Assembly: GCA_002269645.1 (NCBI GenBank) | Contig: NIVC01003166.1 | Coordinates: 75,859-139,858 of the forward strand | Length of the DNA: 64,000 bases | Source: Macrostomum lignano | Taxonomy: Eukaryota | Direction: 5' to 3' | Shown: piece by piece, positions 35,054 through 47,947 of the stretch | Numbering within the stretch: position 1 is the stretch's first letter | Layout of the letters: each line of letters begins with the position of its first letter | Translations under genes and position numbers: made by a program | The notes under the pieces: generated by a model | The model's database searches: none | What the model was told of the DNA's origin: nothing | The model's input: only the letters and a program-made list of their open reading frames with translations

Positions 35054-38000
35054 ATGCAAGCGTGGATGAAGGCCGCAGGGGCGCCGCTGTGGCGGGCAAT
35101 CTTCGGTCTGACTCGTCAGGCTGATGGAGTTTTCCGTTCCTCAATTCTCAGTCGGTGAGTTGTTAAAATTAAATCCCAACAAATCTTCCCGGGTGGCTTA
35201 GCCCCGACATTAATTTCCGGGCTAAGCCTGATTTTTACGGAGTCTCACTTTTGCTTCATTGTTTTTCACCGATTATTTTCTGTTTCAAAAGCAATCAAAC
35301 AAAATTGTTTTGTGTGACTAGTGGAATGCCATTGACGTTCTGCGTTTTTTCATCACATTTTTTAGTCCGATTTGTTTAATTTCATCTGTCTGCGTTCTAT
35401 ACAACGTTACAACGTTTACAACGTTTTAATTGAACTCTGTACTTATTCAATTTAGTACACGTGTACTAATGTTTCTACCTACTTAATTTATAAATTTTTA
35501 GTGCTGAACTCAGCCAAGTGTGGCTGGGAGACAGCGAAGGCAGGTCAATGTACGGCGGTCTTCTTCTAGCTCAGGCGATGTCTGCCGCAGCTGCAAGTGC
35601 CGTCTCCGATGCCGAATGTCTCGCAGACTCCGGCTTGCGTTTCGACTCATTGAGTGCCTACTTTCTTAGAGCAGGTCTGGCTCTCTGTTTTTTTCACTGT
35701 TTTCCCGGAAAATTCAGTTGCTAACTGGTGTAAATTTTTCTTGAATAGCAAAAACTTGCATTTTTGTGTTCTTAACTGTCTGCCTAAATGTTTCTTAGCT
35801 CTTAGCGTGGGAATCTGCGCATTACTAATCAGAAAAAAGGATCGTTTTCAAAGTTCGAAGGCTGTTTAAAAATTTTCCAAACTGTGTTTACCACAAGTCC
35901 TTGCGCATCTGCTGTATCGAATGGTAAGACCACCGAATATTTCACCCAGAATATGCTTATTCGGTCTCTCAGCATGAAAATCGCAGAGCAAAAAAGATAC
36001 GCATTTAGCCTACTCTTCGGATGAAGAAAGCAAGTAGTACAAACCATAGATAATCTAAAAGTAGCTACTTGCTCAATGCTTATTCGTTCATCGCTTATAC
36101 TGAGTGACACTGAAAAATCAATCAGTAAGTTTTCTGATTCTGTGGTTTTGTCTCGCATAGAGGCGCCTAACCGCAGTACCTCTGTGAAACTTGTCTCTGC
36201 CTGGCCGAAAGCTTGTAATGAGTTAGTAGGCTGGGTTGGAGGGTAATAGTGGATCAGGAAGGGCTGTGGGTAGCTGTATAGGAAGGCAGGCCTATACCTG
36301 TTCCAGTTGGTGCTCTGACGGTCCCCCTCGGAGTGCCCTCTGAGCGAACAGCCAGCGACCCTATTAAAGCTGGAGTGTGCCAGAACCAGGACTGAGTCTG
36401 AGCAGGACGGGACCGTTGGCACGGTCACTATAGAAATGGTGGGTTGGCGAAGCAAAGGGTGAAACAGTCCCAGCGATTAGCCATCCTGCCGCTTTAATGA
36501 TAAGAGACTGTCTTGGCAAGAGTACCCGGGGTCTGGTAGGTGGGGAGGCTCCTCCGGGTGGCCACGGCCGTGGGGAGGTCCTCGGACCACTTTTTGGCAT
36601 ATTCTAACCCAGGAGAAGGCACGGGCTGCCCCCGAGGTTCGGCGCCTAAGCCAATTGGGTTTGGGGTAGGCGTACGCTCTGAGGGTCGGGGGTAGGGCCC
36701 GCTCTCGGCCTGACTGGCGCCGCTTGCTCGGCTCGATGTACAGTCCTCTTAGCTCTAATTAGGATCTTAGTGTACATTAGTACACTCCCAACCTGGAATC
36801 TATATATCTCTAGTGGCGTAAGAGCCTGATCAATGGCTGAGGCGCCGAAAACACTTATCTCTCTCTCTCTCTCAATCAGTAAGTTTTCTGATTCTGAAAA
36901 AATGCCCATTTTTTCTAAATCTTTTTACAAAACGAATGCGTACGTGTCTAAAATTGTTATAAGCTTTGCTCAGCATTTCGAATAATAGATAATAAAACGT
37001 GATAAAACTTGTTTATTGCAGGATAGTTTCTAGCTCTAAAAATGCACAACAACAGTTCAACATATGGATCGTAAATAACACTCATAGAGTTCAGATCTAT
37101 CTCGACTGATGAAAAGACATACAATAAATTGCGTTCGGGTACTTAGTTCAAAACAAAGTTCACGCGCAGAATTCAATTAACACATGCATCGGTGTCGCTT
37201 CAGACCACGGAAACGTCAAATACGGGAAGTTGAATGAAAATTAGCATATGATTGACAATTCAGTGAAAGGTATAAGCTTGAGCTTTTAGTCGAACAAGCT
37301 ATGAATTCAGTTGAAGTTAATCTGGCTACGAATACTTAATTGTTAGTTCTTACTTTAGTGCCCATCAGCCTCGACCCCTGCAACATACAGTTTTTTTACA
37401 TTTTAAAGTTTCTATTTTCGAAGAGACGGTTAACTCGCAGAAAAGTTGAGTGCTTTAGCTTGTACTTTACCGAATTATGTATGCAAATTTACGGGATATG
37501 CAACAATTATGAATTATATTACACGACAATTACCAATTTTTGCAGCCGTTTTATCTAATACAAAGTAATAAGCCAGATAAAGCAATTATACCCATAGTCG
37601 AAAAGTGTTACAGAGGTGTGCTATGAGTAATCAGATGTCGAATATCGTCTTCGTTCCCAGCCCAGTTGTCGCTGGGCGAGGACAAGGTGCAGCGCCCATT
37701 TAGGTGTAATAAATTTTCATTGCTATTGTTTGACTCGTCGCTTTCTTGTTCCGCGTCGTTTTGACTTCGCTGCCGGTGCCTCCGGGAGGCCACGTTGTTG
37801 CTGGATGCCAGCAGCGTCGCCGCTACTGTCGCGCTGCGCACGGCGGCCGTTTCTCCTACGCCTGTCGCTGCCGTCAGCGCGCCGCCGACATCTGCCCCGC
37901 TGCTTCGCTGGAATTTCTGTTTGAAGCCAAACAGCACGTGACGATAGCTTTTGCGAACTTCTCGCATTCGGTGTAGAGAATGATTGGACTGGCCACTGCA

Positions 38001-41000
38001 TAGCAGGTCGTTAGCGCATCTAAATACGGCTGGACCCACATGAAGTGGTACACCTCGTCGCGAATTATTTCACTGCCAGTGTGCAGCACCACCTGCACAA
38101 GCATGTACAGTTCAGTGAGCAGTCCGGTAGCATTGTTATGATGAATGTCAGCAACAGTAGAAATATTGTGCAGGCGCCTCTGCGTCTGCTGGCGATTACG
38201 CGTCTTTGACCGCAAACCGGACGCAGGATGCGTCGAAATATAAGGGCCAAGAAAGTGCTGATTAGTAGCAAGCCAATCGCTGTGACAACAGTCTGCGTAG
38301 CATACCCGAAATATCTCGACATGTGCATCAGTATTGTGCCATTCGATTGAGGCTGCGCTGGAGAACGTGGCGTAGAAATTGATAGCAGGTCATTGCCATG
38401 CAGCGGCACTGGTGGCAGCGGCGGGATGGTCACGGGAGTCCAATTATTCCGCGTAGATGACGAGTCACGCGAACGTGGCAGGTACAACGGCGCCGAGATT
38501 TCCACGTAATTTGATGGAAGTGGCGGCAGGGTTATGTAGTTTACCAGCTTCCAATTCTGCGGCGTGAATTTCAGAGGCGTTGCAAGTCCCGCTGATGTGT
38601 TGGAATGTTTTGTTACAAGTAGTTTGTCAATGTTACACTGGGCTCGCGCCTCTTGTACACTGTTTTCAGACTTGGCTAGTTTTACTAAAAACGACAATGC
38701 GCCAAGAAAGATGCCCAAAATCCAGTTGCTAGCGATGGTTACACTGGTAATTGGTCGCGAGTGGATCTGATACTGCAGGGAATGGTTCACTGTCAGGTAC
38801 AAATCCAGGCTCAAGCTGCACAGGCCGAGTGTAATCAGGATGGTACCGCTTATCCTGATGTCTTCCACTAGCATGTCTGTCCATTTATAGCAGAACATGT
38901 TCGTTGCTGGCCTGTAGACAGCGGCTAGTAGACTTATCACGACGCCTATAGCTGCTACGAGATTCGCTGCCGTGATGCTTACTAACAATCGCGCTCGGTT
39001 GGTGAGCTTTCGTTTGCCCCAGCTGCACAGCGCTACCATGGTGATCGAGTTGATGATCAGGCCATCACTGTGGCCACTAGTTCGATGATTTTGTCCTTTG
39101 TTAGCAGCATGGTCAGCCGATCTGAAACGAAGCAACATTATAAAAAGTACTAGTATCGCCTTGCAAGTGATGTTTTTGAAGCTCATTAGCGACTGACTGG
39201 GGCGATTTTGGCGTCACTCCTCGTAATCCCTTGTTGCACATTTTTGTCTTGCTTTATTCCTCGCTTCCCATCCCTTCGGCAAGGATAGGGAAAGGGAAAA
39301 CGCGAGTGGGTGGGCTGTCACGCGACATGGCCGGAAGTTCGACGCAGCTGTCACCGCAGTGGGAAACTTCTCCCCCGCCTCAATTTGTAGAGGGATACAC
39401 ACGACATTTCCAAAGCCAGATTTTTATTTCCACAATTCGTTCAAGATTCTGGACACGTGGGCGGTCCTGCTATGAAGGGTATCGCTGAATTATCATTTGT
39501 TATACTTTGTTCCTAATAAATTGCCTTGTTTAGTTCGAACCCGGCAAAGTATTTCCTTTCTCTTTTCTACCCCTTTTTAACTGACCTTTAAAAAGCCTCG
39601 GAACTCGGAATTCTTCAAAAGTTCAATTGGAACTTTTAGAAATTGGAAAAAGAAATGGTATTCGAACTTTCCTATGCACTATCGGAAAAGAATTGCTTTC
39701 AGCTCAAGATTCTGAGTCGGTGGACTATCTAAAAGATATAATTTCCGTTGATCTGCTTTGCACATCCTGCCATGCCGTCCTCTGGGGAATCTCTCGGTCC
39801 TCGATTTTTCTGCCTCTAACTGTATCAATATTGGGTCGCTACCAGCACGGATAAAGAAGGAATTTCGCATGAAATCATAGCCGTAGCTTACCCAGTGATA
39901 AAGAAGTCGCTATCGCGTTAATAAAAGCGCCACTTTTTAGTGTTTTCTTCGAAAACAATTGTGGAAATTTCTTTGCTGCAAGCGAACCTTGACTTGACTT
40001 GCCAGCAACTTTATACGGCCTTGTTATATAGCTTGGCAGTCGCTATTGGATGGCATATTTTTGCCAATATTTCTACCGGCTCGGCTACCGACCAATAGCT
40101 AAAGTAGTCATGCCTCTGATTTCGGCTTTTCTACGCCAGCCTGTCTTATCTTGTTTTCGAATTCTGAGTATCGAATCGAATCGTTCATTATTATCTTCTT
40201 GATGCAGTCAGTCCTGGTCCGGTATTGTTATTTTTTCTCATTTAGCCTATCGCTTGTCTGTCTGTCTTTTCTTTGTGTCTAAATGCCTGCCTGCTTGTCT
40301 GTCTGTCTGTCTAAAAGTACAACAGTGCGATGTTCTAACAAATTATATAACTTTTAGTCCATGTATTCGTCTCCGGAAAAAATTGCTAATTATACTAAAT
40401 GAATTTTCTGTCCAAATCACCCAGGCGAGCGGCTCCCGTTTCGACGAAATTACCAAAATAACTGTGGCTTTGCGGTTGCAGCAGCAGCCTGTCTGTCTGC
40501 TCGTCAAAGCAGATGCTTGTTCCAAGCTAATTTGCTTTTGTGCGTTGCAATTCCGATTCAGAATACTGTAGGTTTAGAGATTAGCATGGAGCCTATTTGT
40601 TGGCTACTGGGTCCTATGATGTACTTTTATGTCCATCTGCTCTGGTCACGGTCAGTAGATTATCATATTAGCTCGCCAGAGACATATGGATCCGCATTGA
40701 TATAATACTGTGTGCCATCATGCTTACCAATTTATTTTATTTGGCTATCTTTTATACCCGAAATTGAACTGTATCTGCGGGATTGATGAACTGAGGCGTG
40801 ACAGCTGCGGCAGTTGCCAGGTGATCTGTTGCTGAAATATTTAATAAAAAGGCCAGACTGTTGAGTTCAGCCGGACTATATAGAGAATTCTAGAAAAAAA
40901 TGTGCTAACTTGGACTTTTGGGAGACGGTGTGGTCCTATAACGGAATATGAGGCTGTGCGATGCGGGGAAAAAGGGCCGATGTACACCATGTTTGAGCGT

Positions 41001-44000
41001 GTCCTCAGTAGTCGGCGGAGTTGACGTCAGCAGCGCTGGATTGTATGACGATCTCGCCGAAGACTTTGCGCCTGGGTGCCCGCAGCCCTCCTGCAAATAT
41101 CTATTAATTTTTAAAGGAGGGAAATGAATAAAAGGGATTTGAGATTAAAGCAGGTTGAGCTGCTTCGAAAATTGAATACGAAGCGACCTAAGAAAGGGTT
41201 TGCGTGCGGCCTACAAAGGCAGATTAAAAAAATGCATTGACTTCAAAAAGTGCTAAATTTAGACGATTAATTATGAAGGAAACCATATTTCATATTTATA
41301 AAGGAAAATATGAAGATTAGCACTAGTTGGGACTGCGCGTTGAGCATCACATGTTGAAACCTCGCTGCCATTCTGCAAACAGTCTGCTTCAAATATTCTC
41401 CTCTACTTATCTGGAAGCTCGCAACGTTTTCTGCACTTAACGATTTTGTTTATAGCCTGCAAACATTGCCTGTCTCTGTTGAGTGCTTTTCAATATCTGT
41501 ATTGCCCGAGGAAAATTTGGTTTTCTACAATGCGTCTTAGCGAGCTTGGCAAATGTAATTTTGATAGCTGTCTTCGGCAAAAAGACAGTTCAAGTTTCGC
41601 TCTGAGAGCCTTTAACTCCGATTGGTTTGCTACAGTACATGTACATGTGTATGATACTGCCATATTTACTACACGTGCACATTGCTGTTTCAGGTGCGCA
41701 CACGGAGTCTGTTAGATACCTGGTTGAATCACTGTCTCGTTCATCCGGTTATAACGGCTGTCACGTTCTCAGGGTGACCGCTTTTCAAGCTGGGCCCACG
41801 TCGCCTATCCTTCTCTGCCAGATTGCTTTCACTCGCAGCCAGCCAATCAGCGCCTTCGGGGCAATAGACCCTCAGGATGAGTCATCTAGCAGCCAGCCAA
41901 TCAGCCCCGTCGGGGCAATAGACCCTCAGGATGAGTCATCTAGCAGCCAGCCAATCAGCGCCTGCCCACTACCAGAAGTGCTTCCCAAACAAGAGTCATT
42001 TCTTGCAGCCCAGCTCCACTCTACTAATCTGCTCAGCCAGAAGCAGCGCAACTACATCGAGAAACGACTTTGCGAAGCTCGCACCTCAGCCATCGAACTT
42101 CGACCTTGCAATCCATTCGAGTTTTTTCGCTTATCTCCTGCAGCTCAACCTTCTGTAGAGTTTTGGATCCGATTAAAAGCAGAATTTTTGCCAACAAACA
42201 CGCTGCACTAACGCCGCTGCAAAAGCAGATTTTAATGGTATTCCTAAGCGACAAGGGTCTGCTTAGAGGCGGCGAGGTGACGCGACCGGACGAGCGATTC
42301 CATCGGAAGGTTTCTCTGGATCATAGAATTGCGTTTCACGAACTGGACGTTGATCCGTTCGAGTGGAGTTTGTACAGGGCGAGCTGCATCAGAGCTGGTG
42401 AGCGCTGGCTGGGCTGGGACGGTGGGACGATGATGCGAGGCTACAACACCAGGACTCTAAGACATCAAGACAATATGACACTAGGACAATAGGACACTTG
42501 GACACCAGGACACCAGGACACTAGGACACCAGGACACTAGGACACTGGGACACAAGGACACCAGGACAATAGGAAATCAGGACACCAGGACACTAGGACA
42601 CCAGGACAATAGGAAATCAGGACACTAGGACACCAGGACACTAGGACACCAGGACACTAGGACACCAGGACAATAGGACATCAAGACAATAGGACACTAG
42701 GACAATAGGACACTAGGACACCAGGACAATAGGAAATCAGGACACCAGGACACTAGGACACCAGGACACTAGGACACCAGGACAATAGGACATCAAGACA
42801 ATAGGACACTAGGACAATAGGACACTAGGACACCAGGACAATAGGAAATCAGGACACCAGGACACTAGGACACCAGGACACTAGGACAACAGGACACTAG
42901 GACACCAGGACACTAGGACACTGGGACACTAGGACAATAGAACACCAGGACAATAGGAAATCAGGACACTAGGACACCAGGACACTAGGACACCAGGACA
43001 CTAGGACACCAGGACAATAGGACATCAAGACAATAGGACACTAGGACAATAGGACACTAGGACACCAGGACAATAGGAAATCAGGACACCAGGACACTAG
43101 GACACCAGGACACTAGGACACCAGGACAATAGGACATCAAGACAATAGGACACTAGGACAATAAGACACTAGGACACCAGGACAATAGGAAATCAGGACA
43201 CCAGGACACTAGGACACCAGGACACTAGGACAACAGGACACTAGGACACCAGGACACTAGGACACTGGGACACTAGGACAATAGAACACCAGGACAATAG
43301 GAAATCAGGACACTAGGACACCAGGACACTAGGACACCAGGACACTAGGACACCAGGACAATAGGACATCAAGACAATAGGACACTAGGACAATAGGACA
43401 CTAGGACACCAGGACAATAGGAAATCAGGACACCAGGACACTAGGACACCAGGACACTAGGACACCAGGACACTAGGACACCAGGACACTAGGACACCAG
43501 GACACTAGGACACTGGGACACTAGGACAATAGAACACCAGGACAATAGGACACCAGGACACTAGGACACCAGGACACTAGGACACCAGGACACTAGGACA
43601 CCAGGACAATAGGACACCAGGACACTAGGACACCAGGACAATAGGACACTAGGACACCAGGATACTAGGACACCAGGACACTAGGACACCAGGACAATAG
43701 GACACCAGGACACTAGGACACCAGGACAATAGGACACTAGGACACCAGGACACTAGGACACCAGGACACTAGGACACCAGGACACTAGGACACCAGGACA
43801 ATAGGACACCAGGAAAATAGGACACCAGAAAAATAGGACACCAGGACAATAGGACACCAGGAAAATAGGACACCAGGAAAATAGGACACCAGGACAATAG
43901 GACACCAGGACACTAGGACACCAGGACAATAGGACACCAGGACAATAGGACACCAGGACACTAGGACACCAGGACAATAGGAAATCAGGACACTTGGACA

Positions 44001-47000
44001 CCAGGACACTAGGACACCAGGACAATAGGAAATCAGGACACTTGGACACCAGGACACTAGGACACCAGGACAATAACTCTAAGACAACAGGCGACAAAGT
44101 AAATGATTAAATTAATGCAAAAGTTTTTGAGTTCAATAAATTTTATTTAATTTATTTAATGGACTCAGTCAGTGCCTCAGACTATCACTCCACTTTCGTG
44201 CTTGTCACGGTAACGAATGTTAGTTTTTTTCTGGTTAGCGCAGTATTGAACTTCAATACTGCGGTCTGGTTCTGCAGTTTATTGTCTCTAATTAAAGACC
44301 TTTTAAACTACTTTTCTCAAATCCTCACGTTTTCAACTGTGGCAGCTTCTCAGGTTTTTTAGTTTTAATGAGCGCCCGCCATGTTTCTTGAGTAAGACTG
44401 GCTGGAAGTTCAGGGTAGAAGGCAGGGAGAGAGGCGGGGTCGGATGCAGAGAGAGAGGCAAGGAGAGAGACAGGGTCGGATGCAGAGAGAGAGGCGAGGA
44501 GAGAGGCAGGGTCGGATGCAGAGAGAGAGGCAGGGTCGAAGGGAGGGAGAGAGGCAGGGTCGAAGGGAGGAGAGAGGCAGAGTCGAAGGGAGGGAGAGAG
44601 GCAGGGTCGAAGGGAGGGAGAGAGGCAGGGTCGAAGGGAGGGAGAGAGGCAGGGTCGAAGGGAGGGAGAGAGGCAGGGTCGAAGGGAGGGAGAGAGGCAG
44701 GGTCAAAGGGAGGGAGAGGGAGGCGGGGTCAAATGGGGAGAGAGAGGCAGGGTCGAAGGGAGAGAGAGAGGCAGGGTCAAATGCAGGAGAGAGGCAGGGT
44801 CAAAGGGAGGGAGAGGGAGGCGGGGTCAAATGGAGAGAGAGAGGCAGGGTCGAAGGGAGGGAGAGAGGCAGGGTCGAAGGGAGGGAGAGAGGCAGGGTCG
44901 AAGGGAGGGAGAGAGGCAGGGTCAAAGGGAGGGAGAGAGGCAGGGTCAAATGGAGAGAGAGAGAGGCAGGGTCAAAGGGAGGGAGAGGGAGGCAGGGTCA
45001 AATGGAGAGAGAGAGGCAGGGTCAAAGGGAGGGAGAGGGAGGCAGGGTCAAATGGAGGGAGAGAGGCAGAGTCGAAGGGAGAGAGAGAGGCAGGGTCGAA
45101 TGCAGGAGAGAGGCAGAGTCGAAGGGAGAGAGAGAGGCAGGGTCAAATGCAGGGAGAGAGGCAGGGTCGAAGGGAGAGAGAGAGGCAGGGTCAAAGGGAG
45201 GGATAGGGAGGCAGGGTCAAATGGAGAGAGAGAGGCAGGGTCGAAGGGAGGGAGAGAGGCAGGGTCAAATGGAGAGAGAGAGAGGCAGGGTCGAAGGGAG
45301 GGAGAGAGGCAGGGTCAAATGGGGAGAGAGAAGCAGGGTCGAAGGGAGAGAGAGAGGCAGGGTCAAAGGAGGGAGAGGGAGGCGGGGTCAAATGGGGAGA
45401 GAGAGGCAGGGTCGAAGGGAGGGAGAGGGAGGCGGGGTCAAATGGAGAGAGAGAGCAGGGTCGAAGGGAGGGAGAGAGGCAGGGTCGAAGGGAGGGAGAG
45501 AGGCAGGGTCGAAGGGAGGGAGAGAGGCAGGGTCAAAGGGAGGGATAGGGAGGCAGGGTCAAATGGAGAGAGAGAGGCAGGGTCGAAGGGAGGGAGAGAG
45601 GCAGGGTCGAAGGGAGGGAGAGAGGCAGGGTCAAAGGGAGGGAGAGGGAGGCGGGGTCAAATGGAGAGAGAGAGGCAGGGTCGAAGGGAGGGAGAGAGGC
45701 AGGGTCGAAGGGAGGGAGAGAGGCAGGGTCGAAGGGAGGGAGAGAGGCAGGGTCAAAGGGAGGGAGAGGGAGGCAGGGTCAAATGGAGAGAGAGAGGCAG
45801 GGTCAAAGGGAGGGAGAGGGAGGCAGGGTCAAATGGAGGGAGAGAGGCAGAGTCGAAGGGAGAGAGAGAGGCAGGGTCGAATGCAGGGAGAGAGGCAGAG
45901 TCGAAGGGAGAGAGAGAGGCAGGGTCAAATGCAGGGAGAGAGGCAGGGTCGAAGGAGAGAGAGAGCAGGGTCGAATGCAGGGAGAGAGGCAGGGTCGAAG
46001 GGAGAGAGAGAGAGGCAGGGTCGAATGCAGGGAGAGAGGCAGAGTCGAAGGGAGAGAGAGAGGCAGGGTCGAATGCAGGGAGAGAGGCAGGGTCGAAGGG
46101 AGAGAGAGAGAGGCAGGGTCGAATGCAGGGAGAGAGCAGAGTCGAAGGGAGAGAGAGAGGCAGGGTCGACTAACTAACAGCTTAGCGGGGCGTACAGCCA
46201 ATCCGCACAAGTCTATCAATATTTACCAAAGTGAAAGCAAATCTCCTATTGAATACAAACAACCAGCAAGATATGAATTAATTAATCATAAATCGCTGGG
46301 GCGGCTTCCGAGACACAGAGCAGAGTTTGATGCGAAGCGACTCCGCTCTATCCACATAGCCGAGGAGGTGTAGAGTACACGTAAATATTTTTGCGTGCCG
46401 GATTTTTTCTTCAAATAAGATACCCCTAATCTGATAATCCCTACCCCCCCATTCTCATCTGAAGCTTCCTAGTGCACCGTGAAATCTGCTTCTCAGTTAA
46501 GCTCAAGGCACTTCCGTAGAAACACGTGATAAATAAAAGATAAAAGTACTCGATTTATAGTACTAGTGGGAGTGGGTACTATTTCCCTGTTCAGAAATAT
46601 TTTGACTTTATGAACAGATCCGTCATTCCCCATCTCCCACTGACTCTCCTCTCCCACTGCCATCTCCCACTGACTCTCCTCTCCCACTGCCATCTCCCAC
46701 TGACTCTCCTCTCTCACTGCCATCTCCCACTGACTCTCCTCTCCCACTGCCATCTCTCACTGACACTCCTCTCCCACTGCCATCTCCCACTGACTCTCCT
46801 CTCTCACTGCCATCTCCCACTGACACTCCTCTCCCACTGCCATCTCCCACTGACTCTCCTCTCCCACTGCCATCTCCCACTGACTCTCCTCTCCCACTGC
46901 CATCTCCCACTGACTCTCCTCTCTCACTGCCATCTCCCACTGACTCTCCTCTCCCACTGCCATCTCCCACTGACTCTCCTCTCTCACTGCCATCTCCCAC

Positions 47001-47887
47001 TGACTCTCCTCTCCCACTGCCATCTCCCACTGACTCTCCTCTCTCACTGCCATCTCCCACTGACTCTCCTCTCTCACTGCCATCTCCCACTGACTCTCCT
47101 CTCCCACTGCCATCTCCCACTGACTCTCCTCTCTCACTGCCATCTCCCACTGACTCTCCTCTCTCACTGCCATCTCCCACTGACACTCCTCTCCCACTGC
47201 CATCTCCCACTGACTCTCCTCTCTCACTGCCATCTCCACTGACTCTCCTCTCCCACTGCCATCTCCCACTGACACTCCTCTCCCACTGCCATCTCCCACT
47301 CTCCTCTCCACTGCCATCTCCCACTCTCATCTCACACTCTCATCTCCCACTCTCATTCCCACTCTCATCTCCCACTCTCATCTCCCACTCTCATCTCACA
47401 CTCTCATCTCCCACTCTCATTCCCACTCTCATCTCCCACTCTCATCTCCCACTCTCATCTCACACTCTCATCTCCCACTCTCATCTCACACTCTCATCTC
47501 ACACTCTCATCTCCCACTCTCATCTCACACTCTCATCTCCCACTCTCATCTCACACTCTCATCTCCCACTATCCATTCTCCTTTCCCTTTTCGCTCCTCC
47601 CCCACCTCTCCTACCGCTTCCATCATCTCTCTATTCTATTTTTCAGTACCCTCTCGTCCTTCATGCGCCCAGCTATTTCCTGCAGCAGTCCAGCTTTGCC
47701 TTATCCAACTTTGGAACTCCATCCGCCATTTTCAGTCATCACCTCTTCCCGCTCGCGGCCCACGCCCCCGTTCCACTTTCCTTCACAATCCCCCTTCTAT
47801 CCCCCAGCTGCTTTCAGCTGACCCCGTTTTTATTATTTTCTTCTAGAAGTAACTTTTCAGCTTGCTAATTTGAAATTTGGATCCCTT

Positions 47888-47947
<60 letters not shown>

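Noticed and set aside
38065-39186. ORF-track start MSFKNITCK as the GPCR N-terminus
   Set aside because: The first half of TM1 is in another frame that begins at ATG 39110 after a splice-acceptor-like AG, so the upstream extension is probably an artefact of the frameshift.
42155-42182. Micro-intron to explain the ACOT8-2 frameshift
   Set aside because: Available AG sites give the wrong phase, and splicing would delete the conserved FWIR motif.
46178-46373. Candidate last exon of ACOT8-2 (AGRTAN...)
   Set aside because: Lacks the G-x-L-W...Q motif; 48264-48403 fits much better and ends in SKL.
44388-47330. Long Arg/Glu/Gly-rich and LSHCH ORFs (up to 577 aa)
   Set aside because: These are translations of purine-rich and pyrimidine-rich minisatellites in ACOT8-2 intron 3.
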